Positions 30,777 to 41,145 of a stretch of 64,000 nucleotides of DNA are shown piece by piece. This DNA is from an uncultured Thermoplasmata archaeon. GTDB lineage: Archaea; Thermoplasmatota; Thermoplasmata; UBA10834. A model generated the notes under the pieces. The model saw only the letters and a list, made by a program, of their open reading frames with translations, did no database searches and was not told the DNA's origin. Made by a program: the position numbers and the translations under genes. Position 1 is the stretch's first letter; every line of letters starts with the position of its first letter. Where the stretch lies: NCBI GenBank assembly GCA_963787465.1, contig CAWBDD010000015.1, forward strand, positions 86,619 to 150,618. Direction: 5' to 3'.

Positions 30777-32759
30777 ATGCCTGAGGTTGATTCCAGGGGG
30801 GCGGAGCTCGGCCTCCCCGACATCGAGGATTGGATGAGGTCTCAACACTTCGAGACCACCGCCGACGTGAAGATTCCCGAGCATCTCGTCGATCAGGTGA
30901 TCGGCCAGGACGAGGCGGTCAACGTCATAAAGAAGGCGGCTGAGCAGAAGCGCCACGTCATGCTCATCGGGGACCCGGGCACGGGCAAGTCGATGCTGGC
31001 CCGCTCGATGATCGAGTATCCTGCCAAAGGGAGACCTCCAGGATGTCATCGCGTACCACAACCCCGAGGACCCGAACGAGCCGAAGATACGCATCGTCCC
31101 GGCCGGCAAGGGCAAGGAGATCGTCCACGCCCAGAAGCGCGAGGCGGAGCAGAAGAAGGCCCAGAAGAACTCGCTGGATCTACGGTCTGTTCTTCATGTT
31201 CATAGTCCTGTCACGTGATGATGACAATCTGGTACGGGGACCCGACCTTCCTGTTGATCGGGCTGATAGGCGGTTTCCTCCTCCTCATGCTGTTCAGGTA
31301 CACCGGGCAGAGGCAAGGAGACCCTGATGGTGCCAAAGCTGCTCATAACGCCACATGGCGGACGAGCAGCCGCCGTTCATCGACGCCACTGGCGCCCACG
31401 CCGGCGCCCTCCTCGGGGACGTGAAGCACGACCCGTTCCAGAGCGGCGGTCTGGAGACCCCGGCCCACGAGAGGCTGGAGGTCGGGGCGATCCACAAGGC
31501 GAACAAGGGCGTCCTGTTCATCGATGAGATCAACATGCTCAGGATCGAGAGCCAGCAGAGCCTGCTGACGGCCCTCCAGGAGGGCGAGTTCGCCATCATC
31601 GGGCAGAGCGAGCGCAGCTCCGGCGCGATGGTCAAGAGCGAGCCCGTACCGTGCGACTTCATACTGGTTGCGGCAGGCAACCTGGATGCCGTCTCGGGGA
31701 TGCACCCAGCGCTCAGGTCGAGGATACGCGGCTACGGCTACGAGATCTTCATGCGCAGCACCATGCCCGACACAGATGCCAACCGGGAGAAGCTCATACG
31801 GTTCGTCGCCCAGGAGGTGTCGAAGGACAAGAAGATCCCGCACTTCGACAAGGGCGCGGTCTCCGAGATCATCCGGGAGGCGCAGCGCAGGTCCGGGCGT
31901 CGCGGCATGCTGACACTGCGGCTGCGTGAGCTCGGCGGGCTGGTCAGGGTCGCCGGAGACATAGCCAGGGAGCGGGCGGCCGACATCGTCGACGCCATAC
32001 ATGTCACAGATGCGAAGAAGATTGCCAGGTCCCTGGAGCAGCAGGTGACCGACCGCGCGGTCGAGCGCAGGAAGGACTACAAGACCTGCCTCACCGAAGG
32101 GTCGATCATCGGCATCGTCAACGGGCTGGCGGTCCTCAACGCCGAGTCGTCGATGTCCGAGTATTCCGGCATCGTCACCCCGATAGTGGCCGAGGTGACG
32201 CCCGCCCATACCAGGGAGGGCGGGAAGATCATCGCCACCGGCAAGCTCGGTGAGATCGCCAAGGAGTCGGTGCAGAACGTCTCCGCCCTCATCAAGAAGT
32301 ACACTGGCGAGGACATCAGCAACCACGACGTCCATGTCCAGTTCATCGGCACTTACGACGGCATCGAGGGCGACAGCGCCTCCATCTCGGTCGCGACGGC
32401 GGTCATATCGGCGTTCGAGGAGATCGAGGTGGACCAGACCGTCGCCATGACTGGGCAGCCTCAGCGTGAGGGGCCAGGTGCTTCCGGTCGGAGGCGTGAC
32501 AGCCAAGATCGAGGCGGCGGCCGAGATGGGCCTCAAGAAGGTGCTCATCCCCGAGCAGAACATGAAGGACGTGCTGCTGGAGGACAAGTACCTTCAGAAG
32601 ATAGCGGTCGTGCCCGTGCGCACATTCAACGACGTACTCGCGCATGCACTCGTAGGCGCGCGCAAAGAGGGCCTGCTCGACAAGCTTGCCCTCCTCGTCG
32701 CGAGCAAGAGGACCCCACCGGCCCCGGTCGTGGAGAGGGTGTCGGTGAACCGGGCATAG
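30777..32759 (+). pseudogene. lonB: Archaeal membrane-bound Lon protease (LonB) disrupted by at least 5 frameshifts.
   Basis: The AAA+ Walker A ([14 protein letters not shown]), two TM helices ([26 protein letters not shown]), the FIDEIN Walker B and the proteolytic domain ([16 protein letters not shown]) are each intact. However they lie in five different frame segments. One shift is clearly an extra G in a GG run (actggg/c). Confidence 0.7.
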
Positions 32760-32771
32760 GAGGATGCTCAC

Positions 32772-33308
32772 ATGCGTGGTCTGGTGATCGGGCGTTTCCA
32801 GCCCTTCCACAAGGGACACCTTTCCGTCATACGGGAGGTTCTGGGCGAATGCGATGACTTAGTCGTGGTCATAGGCAGCGCCGAGGAGTCCCACACGGCC
32901 GTGAACCCTTTCACCGCGGGCGAGAGGTATCAGATGATCTACTCGTCGCTCACGCCATCGGAGCGCGCCCGGGTCCACATGATCCCCATCCGTGACGTCA
33001 ACAGATACGCTGCATGGGTGAACCACGTCGAGTCCTATGTCCCCCCGTTCGATGCCGTCTACTCCAACAGCGCCCTCACGCGCTCACTGTTCTCAGAGGC
33101 GGGTTATGCCGTCAAGAAGACCCGTGAGTACGACATGACGAGGTACTCCGGTACGGAGATACGCAGGAGGATAGCCTCCGGAGGGAAGTGGCAGAGCCTT
33201 GTCCCCGAGCCCGTCGCCCATATCGTCGAGGCCATCGAGGGCCGACAGCGCCTGCGTGATGCGGGTCTTCAGCCGAAGAAGAGCGGAAGGAAGTGCCTTG
33301 CTCGCTGA
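32772..33308 (+). CDS. nadM: Nicotinamide-nucleotide adenylyltransferase (archaeal NMNAT).
   Basis: [10 protein letters not shown] motif. Confidence 0.8.
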   Translation: MRGLVIGRFQPFHKGHLSVIREVLGECDDLVVVIGSAEESHTAVNPFTAGERYQMIYSSLTPSERARVHMIPIRDVNRYAAWVNHVESYVPPFDAVYSNSALTRSLFSEAGYAVKKTREYDMTRYSGTEIRRRIASGGKWQSLVPEPVAHIVEAIEGRQRLRDAGLQPKKSGRKCLAR

Positions 33309-33771
33309 TGACGTCGGCAGGGCGATGAGGGACCGTGGACTGACCGTATCCGTGGCCGAGTCCTGCACCGGTGGGCTCCTGGGGGATATGATCACCGATG
33401 TCCCTGGTAGCAGCGACTACTTCCTGGGCGGTGTCATATCGTACAGCGACGAAGCCAAGGTGTCGCTCCTTGGAGTCGACGAGGGCACACTGAGGTCCAA
33501 GGGGGCTGTGAGCGAGGAGGTCGCACTCCAGATGGCTTCCGGCACCCGTTCGAAGTTCGGGTCCAAGATCGGGGTGGGGATAACTGGGATCGCCGGCCCT
33601 GCCGGAGGGACCGAGAGCAAACCCGTGGGGCTCGTCTACATCGCGGTGAGCTCCGGGTCATCATTGGCCTGCAAGCGGAAGGTCTTCGACGGGTCGAGGG
33701 ATTCGGTGAAGAGACAGGCCGCCGAGACCGCGCTCGAGATGCTCCTCGAGATGGTCACGAAGACGAGTTGA
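33296..33771 (+). CDS. CinA C-terminal-domain protein (nicotinamide-nucleotide amidohydrolase, PncC-like).
   Basis: SVAESCTGGLLG motif. Probable TTG start overlapping the nadM stop. Confidence 0.6.
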
Positions 33772-33874
33772 CCTCGGTCGCGTCCTCGTGTGCGACGGAA
33801 TGCGCGCGCGTGGCCTGAGAATCTCGCCGTTCCCCAAAGCTTCAATATCACGCAATCTGATGCGAGCCCCGTTT

Positions 33875-34732
33875 ATGTCAGAAGGGGATGTGCCCAGGAT
33901 ACCCACCGGGGTCGCGGACTTCGATTCCATAATTGGAGGCGGCGTGCCAGTGGGCTCGGTCGTGCTCCTCCTCGGGGACGTCGGCGGCGGCGCGCTCGAG
34001 TTCGCGCTCACGTCCGCTGCGAAGCTCGGGATCGTGAAGGACTTCCCTGAGACGAGGTCGTTCATGCTGGGCCACGCGGGCAAGGACGCCATCCTCCCAG
34101 AGAAGATGGCGTACATCACATTCTCCAGATCGAAGGACGACCTCCTACGCGAGGTCAAGCTCTCGTTCAACAGGGACTTCCACGACGCCCTCTCGGGTGG
34201 CCTCCTCTTCAGGGACTTCTCGAGCCGGTACTTCATGCGGACCGTTGTTCCGACGGCGTGGGTCGAGCCGAACAGCGAATCCAATGGGCAGGGGCTGTTC
34301 TCCGAGAAGAAGGAGGACGGCGTCCTCGAATCCCTCGTGAATTTCCTCGACGCGAACGCCCCGAGGAGCATGGTCATCATCGATTCGCTGACCGACCTCG
34401 TCGTCTCGGATAGCGTGAAGTTCGAGGATGTCGTCTCCCTCCTGAAGGGGATCCAGCGCATGGCCAAGAAGTGGAACGCGGTCTTCTACGTCATCCTCAC
34501 GGACGACGTGCTCGACAGCAGGCGGCAGCAGATCATCATCGACAGCGTGGACGGCGTCCTGAGGTTCGAGTGGGCCAAGTACCACCACACCTCGAAGAGG
34601 CAGAGATATCTCTACGTCGAGAAGTTCATGAGCGTGCTCCCGCACTTGGACCAGGAGCGGATCGCGCGCTTCGCAACGCTGATCACATCCCAGAGCGGGT
34701 TCGTGGTCATCAACACCGAGCGGGTCGGGTGA
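33875..34732 (+). CDS. KaiC/RecA-superfamily ATPase-like protein with a degenerate Walker A (predicted inactive).
   Basis: IPTGVADFDSIIGGGVPVGSVVLLLGDVGGGALEF. The P-loop lacks the Lys/Thr. The rest of the fold is conserved. Confidence 0.6.
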   Translation: MSEGDVPRIPTGVADFDSIIGGGVPVGSVVLLLGDVGGGALEFALTSAAKLGIVKDFPETRSFMLGHAGKDAILPEKMAYITFSRSKDDLLREVKLSFNRDFHDALSGGLLFRDFSSRYFMRTVVPTAWVEPNSESNGQGLFSEKKEDGVLESLVNFLDANAPRSMVIIDSLTDLVVSDSVKFEDVVSLLKGIQRMAKKWNAVFYVILTDDVLDSRRQQIIIDSVDGVLRFEWAKYHHTSKRQRYLYVEKFMSVLPHLDQERIARFATLITSQSGFVVINTERVG

Positions 34733-34736
34733 CGAT

Positions 34737-35438
34737 ATGCCAGAGAACAGGGTCAAGACGGGCATAGTGGGTCTGGATGAGATGCTTCAGGGCGGCCTCC
34801 CGGAGGGCCACATAGCGGTCGTCATGGGCTCGTTCGGAACCGGCAAGACCACGTTCGGGCTCCAGTATCTGGTCGAGGGACTGAGGAACTCGGAACCATG
34901 CCTGTTCATCTCCCTGGAGGAGGACAAGGACTCGGTCATCGCCAACGCGAAGGGTTTCGGGTGGGACGTGACCCCGGCACTGGAGGCCAAGAAGCTCGGA
35001 ATATTCAAGCTCGAGCCCTCTGACGCGAAGACGACGGTCACGCGGATCAAGAGCGACCTGCCCAAGTTCGTGAAGACCTTCGGGGCGAAGCGCGTGGTCA
35101 TCGATTCAGTCTCCCTGCTCAACATGATGTTCGAGGACGAGGCGGAGCGGCGGTCCAACCTGTTCAACCTCTGCCAGCTCCTGAGGAGCACTGGCGCGAC
35201 CACGCTGCTGACGGCCGAGGTCAAGGACGAGAATCCGAGGTCGTCGAGGGACGGTCTCGCGGAGTACACCGCCGACGGCGTCATACTCCTGCAGTCCGAG
35301 GAGCCCAAGGATGGCGGCGAGGTCCAGCTCACGGTGCGGATACTGAAGATGAGGCGCTCGCCCCACTCGCGCAGGGTCAAGCCCTACTCGATCACCGACA
35401 AGGGGATAGTCGTCCACGCTGGAGCGGACGTCTTCTAG
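34737..35438 (+). CDS. KaiC/RecA-superfamily ATPase with an intact P-loop.
   Basis: GIVGLDEMLQGGLPEGHIAVVMGSFGTGKTTFGLQY. Lies 5 nt after the degenerate paralogue. Confidence 0.7.
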   Translation: MPENRVKTGIVGLDEMLQGGLPEGHIAVVMGSFGTGKTTFGLQYLVEGLRNSEPCLFISLEEDKDSVIANAKGFGWDVTPALEAKKLGIFKLEPSDAKTTVTRIKSDLPKFVKTFGAKRVVIDSVSLLNMMFEDEAERRSNLFNLCQLLRSTGATTLLTAEVKDENPRSSRDGLAEYTADGVILLQSEEPKDGGEVQLTVRILKMRRSPHSRRVKPYSITDKGIVVHAGADVF

Positions 35439-36679
35439 GACTTCCCGACGAGGTCGCCGCGGACAGCTTCGTGTATCTTCTTCCCGTCGGCGTCGCCCGA
35501 GCGGTCCCACATGGAGACCATCTCCTGGTTGACGACGGCGCCCAGGCGCTTGAGCCCCTCCGTGATGAGCTCGTCGGTCGGGTGGGTGAAGTTCAGGCGC
35601 ATATACGGCGCACCGTCCTTGGGGTCGGGGAAGAACGCCCTGCCGGAGACGAAGGCGACGCGCTTCTTGAGGGCGCTCTCGAGCAGATCTGGGGAGTTGA
35701 GCCCCTTGGGCAGGGTCGCCCAGAGGAACATCCCTCCGTCGGGCCGGATCCACTTGACGCCCTCGGGCATGAACTCCTCGAGCCCGCGGAGCATGAGGTT
35801 CAGCTTCCTCGCGTAGAGCTGCCTGATCCTGACGATCTGCTGGTCGATGTGCCCCCGGACTATGTACTCGTGGGCGATGCGCTGGCTGAGGACGCTCGCG
35901 CAGACGTCCGCGGACTGCTTCGCTATGACCAGCTTCTTGATGATCTCCTGGTCGGCGAGGACGTATCCGACGCGTAGCCCTGGTGAAAGGATCTTGGAGA
36001 ACGAGCCCATGTAGACGACCCGCCCCTCCGTGTCGAAGCTCTTTATCGGCCTGATGTCCTCACCAGTGTACCTGAGTTCCCTGTACGGGTCGTCCTCCAG
36101 GATTATGAAGTCGTACTCGGAGGCGAGGTCCACCAGGCGCTTCCGGTTCTTCTCGGGCATGGTGACCCCGGCTGGGTTGTGGAAGTTCGGGAGGACGTAG
36201 ACTATCTCCGGGACGGTCGCTCTCTTGGCGAGCCTGTCCAGCTTCTCCTCGAAGAGGTCCATGCGCATGTTGTCGTTGTCGATCGGGACTGTCTCGAAGG
36301 TGGCCTCGTACACCGAGAAGCCTGTCAGCGCGGTGAGGTATGTCGGGGCCGAGATGAGCACGATGTCCTGCGGGTCGACGAAGACCTTCCCCATGAGGTC
36401 GATGACCTGCTGGGAACCGCTCACTATGAGCACGTTGTCCTTCTCGACCGCCATCCCCCTCGCCCTCATGCGCTCCGCGACCGATTCCCTCAGGGGCGCG
36501 TACCCCTCGGTTATGCCGTACTGGAGCGCCGCGGCTCCGTCCTTCTGCAGGACGTCGTTGACAATCTGTCGGATGATCTCCGTGGGGAACGATTCCGGGT
36601 TCGGGAACCCACCCGCGAAGGAGATCATGTCCGGGAGCTGGAGCAGCTTCAACAGCTCCCTCACGTCGGAGGCTCTCAT
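35435..36679 (-). CDS. PLP-dependent aminotransferase, class I/II (LysN / aminoadipate aminotransferase-like).
   Basis: SFSKILSPGLRVGY lysine region and overall fold-type I pattern. The internal ATG start is preferred over the ORF-track start. Confidence 0.65.
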   Translation of the reverse strand: MRASDVRELLKLLQLPDMISFAGGFPNPESFPTEIIRQIVNDVLQKDGAAALQYGITEGYAPLRESVAERMRARGMAVEKDNVLIVSGSQQVIDLMGKVFVDPQDIVLISAPTYLTALTGFSVYEATFETVPIDNDNMRMDLFEEKLDRLAKRATVPEIVYVLPNFHNPAGVTMPEKNRKRLVDLASEYDFIILEDDPYRELRYTGEDIRPIKSFDTEGRVVYMGSFSKILSPGLRVGYVLADQEIIKKLVIAKQSADVCASVLSQRIAHEYIVRGHIDQQIVRIRQLYARKLNLMLRGLEEFMPEGVKWIRPDGGMFLWATLPKGLNSPDLLESALKKRVAFVSGRAFFPDPKDGAPYMRLNFTHPTDELITEGLKRLGAVVNQEMVSMWDRSGDADGKKIHEAVRGDLVGKS

Positions 36680-36885
36680 CTTCCCGGCCCGCTGGGAGAA
36701 ATGTGCAGCAATCCCTTCCGCCAAATCCGGTCCCTCGAGCCTTTGAGGGGTAGGTGCGCGCTTAATGGTTTTCACCTTACACGGGTGCAGGAGCCCCGCG
36801 GAGTGATTGCCTCCAGACGCAGTCAGTATGCGCATTCGCACCAAAACCATTAAAAGCCATTATGGATTACACGCAATCGTTCTGT

Positions 36886-37788
36886 ATGAAACTCATCCGC
36901 CAGGGAAAGGTGAAGGATGTCTACGAGGTCGACACCCGCACCTTGGAGTTCGTCTTCTCGGACAAGATCTCCGTATTCGACAAGATAATCCCATCGCTGA
37001 TCCCGCACAAGGGCGAGTCCCTCTGCAGGTCGAGCGCGTTCTGGTTCCAGGTGGCGCGGTCATGCGGCGCGAAGACCCACTTCAGGGAGTTCATCCCGCC
37101 GAACAGGATGAGGGTCCAGAAGGTCCAGGTCCTTGAGTACGCCAAGATCAACAAGAAGACCACCAACTACCTGATCCCGCTCGAGGTAATCTGCAGGCAC
37201 TACGTCGCGGGCTCGTTCTGGGACCGGATCTCCAAGGGCGAGGTCAAGCCCTCGAAGCTGGGATTCCCGGCCGGCAAGGAGGTCAAGTACGGTGACAAGC
37301 TGCCGGAGCCGTTCATAGAGCTCACCACCAAGCTCGAGGAGGTCGACAGGCTCCTCACCAAGGCGGAGGCCATGAAGATGGCCGCCCTCACGAACGACGA
37401 GTACAAGGAGATCGTCGAGTCGGTCCTCAAGATCGACGACAAGATCGCCGAGGAGGTCGAGAAGCGGGACCTCATCCATGTCGACGGGAAGAAGGAGTAC
37501 GCCTACGACGAGGAGCGCGCCCTCATGATCGTCGACACGTTCGGCACGGCCGACGAGGACCGCTGGTGGAGCTGGGACAGCTACTCCAAGGGCGAGTTCC
37601 TGGAGCTGAGCAAGGAGAACGTGCGGCAGTACTACAGGAAGCTCGGCTACTACGACAAGCTCTCGGAGGCGAGGAAGCAGGGGAAGGCCGAGCCGAAGAT
37701 ATCGGCGCTCCCAGAGGCCAAGATCAAGGAGGTCTCGGCCCTGTACATGGAGATGTACGAGCTCATAACGGGCGAGAGCTTCAGGTGA
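36886..37788 (+). CDS. purC: Phosphoribosylaminoimidazole-succinocarboxamide synthase (SAICAR synthetase).
   Basis: LIRQGKVKDVYE N-terminus. Confidence 0.8.
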   Translation: MKLIRQGKVKDVYEVDTRTLEFVFSDKISVFDKIIPSLIPHKGESLCRSSAFWFQVARSCGAKTHFREFIPPNRMRVQKVQVLEYAKINKKTTNYLIPLEVICRHYVAGSFWDRISKGEVKPSKLGFPAGKEVKYGDKLPEPFIELTTKLEEVDRLLTKAEAMKMAALTNDEYKEIVESVLKIDDKIAEEVEKRDLIHVDGKKEYAYDEERALMIVDTFGTADEDRWWSWDSYSKGEFLELSKENVRQYYRKLGYYDKLSEARKQGKAEPKISALPEAKIKEVSALYMEMYELITGESFR

Positions 37789-37852
37789 GACCCGACAGGG
37801 CGCAGGACCGAAAGGATGATGTTCTCAGGCGCCTTGAGAACTGTCGCTGGAC

Positions 37853-38338
37853 ATGGATTTCCACGGAATAGACGAATTCATGTGGTATCTGAAGACCCGC
37901 TACGACGAGAGCGAGCGCAAGCAGGAGTGGCGCGCGCTCAGCGGCAGGAACCACGTCGACGGGAGCCATGACACGTTCATCTTCACCGATTCCAGGGTCT
38001 ACCAGATCAAGGCGGCCGAGGTCTCACGCACCGGCAAGGTCGCCGTCGGCAAGGAGCTAGGCAGCTCCGCACCGGACATGCTCGAGCTCATCAAGGGCGG
38101 CTCGCCGGTCCCACTGAGCGTCATATCGCAGGCCATGGGCTCGCCGTCCGTCGTGATGTTCGGGACACAGCAGTACTCTTCGGACATAGCCGACACGTTC
38201 AGACGGGAGTTCTTCCACGACCGCCAGGGGGACCTGAAGGCCGAACTCGACAGGAAGGTCGACGCGGTCGTGAGCCGTCCGGAGTTCAGGCGCGCCTACC
38301 GCGAGCTGCGCGAGGGCCAGGACTCCTATTTCGCATGA
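37853..38338 (+). CDS. Hypothetical protein (161 aa).
   Basis: Clean ORF in a coding-dense region. No family recognised. Confidence 0.35.
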   Translation: MDFHGIDEFMWYLKTRYDESERKQEWRALSGRNHVDGSHDTFIFTDSRVYQIKAAEVSRTGKVAVGKELGSSAPDMLELIKGGSPVPLSVISQAMGSPSVVMFGTQQYSSDIADTFRREFFHDRQGDLKAELDRKVDAVVSRPEFRRAYRELREGQDSYFA

Positions 38339-38439
38339 CCGCGCTGTGCGGGCCAGCAAGATGGCATTAAAGCTGGGTTGAAAGAAGTGAAATGAGTTTG
38401 AGCCGGGGTCCATTCCGCGGCCCTGTGCATGGGTTTCCT

Positions 38440-39750
38440 TCAGGCCATCTTGCCGTCGAGGAACTGCTGGTATCCAGCGAGGTCCAGCAGGCCGTGTCCG
38501 GAGAGGTTGAAGGCTATGACCTTCTTCTCGTTCTTCTTCTTCGCCTCGAGGGCGCAGTCGACGGCCGCCTTTATGGCGTGGCTGGCCTCGGGCGCGGGGA
38601 CGATTCCCTCGGCCCTCGCGAAGAGCAGAGCGGCTTCGAAGACCTCCTTCTGCTCGTAGGCGACCGGCTTGACGATGCGGTGCTTGACCAGTGCGCTGAC
38701 CGTCGGTGCTGCCCCGTGGTACCTCAGCCCGCCCGCGTGTATGGGTGACGGGATGAAGTCGTGGCCGAGCGTGTACATCAGGAGGAGCGGGGTCATGCCC
38801 GCCGTGTCCCCGAAGTCGTACTCGAACTTCCCGGCGGTGAGGCTCGGGACCGACTTCGGCTCCACGGCGATGAACTCGGTGTCGAGCTTCCCCTTCAGCT
38901 TCTGACCGATGAACGGGAACGTGAACCCGGCGAAGTTGGAGCCTCCGCCGACGCAGCCGATCAGGGTGTCAGGCTTCTCGCCTAGCTTCTGGAACTGGAG
39001 CATCGTCTCCTGTCCGATGATGGTCTGGTGCAGCATCACGTGGTTCAGGACGCTCCCCAGGCTGTACTTCGAGTTGCCGTCCTTGACGCAGGTCTCCAGC
39101 GCCTCGCTGATTGCGATGCCCAGGGAACCTGGGTGCTTCGGGTCCTTCGCGAGCAGCTTCTTGCCGAACTCGGTCAGCATGCTCGGGGATGGGCTGACAT
39201 CCGCTCCGAAGATGCGCATCATCTCGCGTCTGTAGGGCTTCTGGTCGTAGCTCGCGCGGACCATGAAGACCTGGCACTTGAGCCCGAAGTAGCTGGTCGC
39301 GATGCTCAGTGCGGTCCCCCATTGGCCCGCCCCGGTCTCGGTCGTGAGCTTCTCGACTCCCTCCTTCATGTTGTAGTACGCCTGGGGGAACGCCGTGTTC
39401 GTCTTGTGGCTCCCCGCGGGGCTGAGATCCTCACGCTTGAAGTATATCTTGGCCGGTGTCTTGAGCGCCTGCTCGAGCCTGAATGCGCGCTGGAGCGGGC
39501 TGGGCCGCGTGGCCATCATGTAGGATTGGAGGACCTCGTCCGGGATGTCGATGTAACTCTCGGTGGAGGCCTCCTGGGCTATGAGCGCCTTCGGGAATAT
39601 GGGCTCCAGGTCAGCGGGGGTGATCGGCTTGTTCGTCGCCGGATGCAGCGGCGGGGCCAACGGCTCTGGCAGGTCGGGGGCTATGTTGTACCATTTCTTT
39701 GGCATCTCTTCAGGTGTGAGCGTGGTCCTAATCGGCCTCATGGGGATCAT
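38440..39750 (-). CDS. trpB: TrpB-like PLP enzyme (tryptophan synthase beta paralogue TrpB2).
   Basis: PAGSHKTN lysine motif. The long N-terminal extension is typical of TrpB2. Confidence 0.8.
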   Translation of the reverse strand: MIPMRPIRTTLTPEEMPKKWYNIAPDLPEPLAPPLHPATNKPITPADLEPIFPKALIAQEASTESYIDIPDEVLQSYMMATRPSPLQRAFRLEQALKTPAKIYFKREDLSPAGSHKTNTAFPQAYYNMKEGVEKLTTETGAGQWGTALSIATSYFGLKCQVFMVRASYDQKPYRREMMRIFGADVSPSPSMLTEFGKKLLAKDPKHPGSLGIAISEALETCVKDGNSKYSLGSVLNHVMLHQTIIGQETMLQFQKLGEKPDTLIGCVGGGSNFAGFTFPFIGQKLKGKLDTEFIAVEPKSVPSLTAGKFEYDFGDTAGMTPLLLMYTLGHDFIPSPIHAGGLRYHGAAPTVSALVKHRIVKPVAYEQKEVFEAALLFARAEGIVPAPEASHAIKAAVDCALEAKKKNEKKVIAFNLSGHGLLDLAGYQQFLDGKMA

Positions 39751-39857
39751 CCTCTGTCAGCCCCGAATTGCTGTACACTATTTATCTGTTGCGAGCATTG
39801 ATGTATAGAAATGGCCTTAATAGTGTGATGCGACGTGCCTATGTGAGCACTGCCCGG

Positions 39858-40835
39858 TCACTTCAGGTATATCAGCCGGCCCAGGCGGTGGTCCCAGACC
39901 CAGTCGTCCTCGGTCACGGCATCCCTGCGCTTCGCCACCATGTAGTCGAGCTTCGCATCGAGGTCATCCGCCTCGTGCACCGCGAGCGCCTCGGGCATCA
40001 TCGGCTCCACGGGGGATCCCCACTCCTTCCTGCCGTGGTGCGATAGAAGTATGTGCCTGAGCTTCTGAGCGATCTCCTCTGGGAACCCGTCGATCTTGGA
40101 GATGCGTGCCATGAGCTCCTCGTCCCCGAGCGTTATGTGCCCCAGCAGGTTCCCCTCGGTGGTTGCGTTGATGTTGGTCGTCACGGTGAAGTTGCGCACC
40201 TTGCCGATGTCGTGTAGGAGCGCCCCGGTCATGACTAGGTCATGGTCGAGCTGAGGGTGGAGCTGGATGATCTTGATGCAAATCTCGGCGACGTTGACCG
40301 TGTGGTGTATGAGACCGCCGAAGGCGGCCGAGTGGAGCTGGATGGACGCGGGGCACAGCATGAACTCCTTGAAGAAGCCAGGGTCCCCGAAGAAGCTCTC
40401 GAGGAGCCTCTTCATGTGCGGCTCCTCCACGGTCTCCATGATCTCGAAGAGCCGCTTCTCGAGCCTCTCCGTGTCCTCGATCCGGTCAACGAGTTCGGAG
40501 AGATCGTACTCGCCCTCGCCCATGCGCGTGACGGTGCCCCCGTTCTTCTGGCTGACGGATATCTCGATGGCCCCCCTGTAGTCCACGGCCTCGGCCCTGA
40601 GCCTTACGACATCGCCCTTGTCGAACGAGTCGTGGACCCTCTGGACCGCCTGTTTGTCGTCCCCGCCCCAGAACTTGACAGTGGCCTGGCCGCTCCTGTC
40701 AGCGACCCGGAACTCGAACATCGAGCCGTACTTGTAGTCCGACACGGGCTTCTTGTACGTGACGGAGAAGTAGCTCTCGACCTTCTCGCCAGGTTTCAGT
40801 CCACGGATCAGCTGTTTGGGCTCGGTAGCGACCAT
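39858..40835 (-). CDS. OB-fold plus HD-domain phosphohydrolase (YhaM-like 3-prime to 5-prime exonuclease family).
   Basis: N-terminal OB fold. HD motif LLHDIGK. Confidence 0.6.
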   Translation of the reverse strand: MVATEPKQLIRGLKPGEKVESYFSVTYKKPVSDYKYGSMFEFRVADRSGQATVKFWGGDDKQAVQRVHDSFDKGDVVRLRAEAVDYRGAIEISVSQKNGGTVTRMGEGEYDLSELVDRIEDTERLEKRLFEIMETVEEPHMKRLLESFFGDPGFFKEFMLCPASIQLHSAAFGGLIHHTVNVAEICIKIIQLHPQLDHDLVMTGALLHDIGKVRNFTVTTNINATTEGNLLGHITLGDEELMARISKIDGFPEEIAQKLRHILLSHHGRKEWGSPVEPMMPEALAVHEADDLDAKLDYMVAKRRDAVTEDDWVWDHRLGRLIYLK

Positions 40836-41145
40836 GTGCGTGGGCAGGGCGTGCCCCTCACTCCTGCTGGTTATTGGCATTGGGAGGTATATGCGCTTTA
40901 TGAAAGATGGGCCGGAGGCCCTCCCCCTCATCTGGAGCACCGCGGTATGCTCAATCGCCGTCCCCGCGGCGAGCTCCGATGGCACATCCGAGGGCCTCCT
41001 GCCGCACATGAGCTGGTCAGGCCCTCCGATCTACATACATGCTGGGACTACGTGCAGGCTACCCTCGGCTAGAGAATAAAATTGGGCTGGGCCGGCCACG
41101 CATCCCCAGGCCGGCCAACAGCGCGATTCCCCTTTTTCGTCCTGT

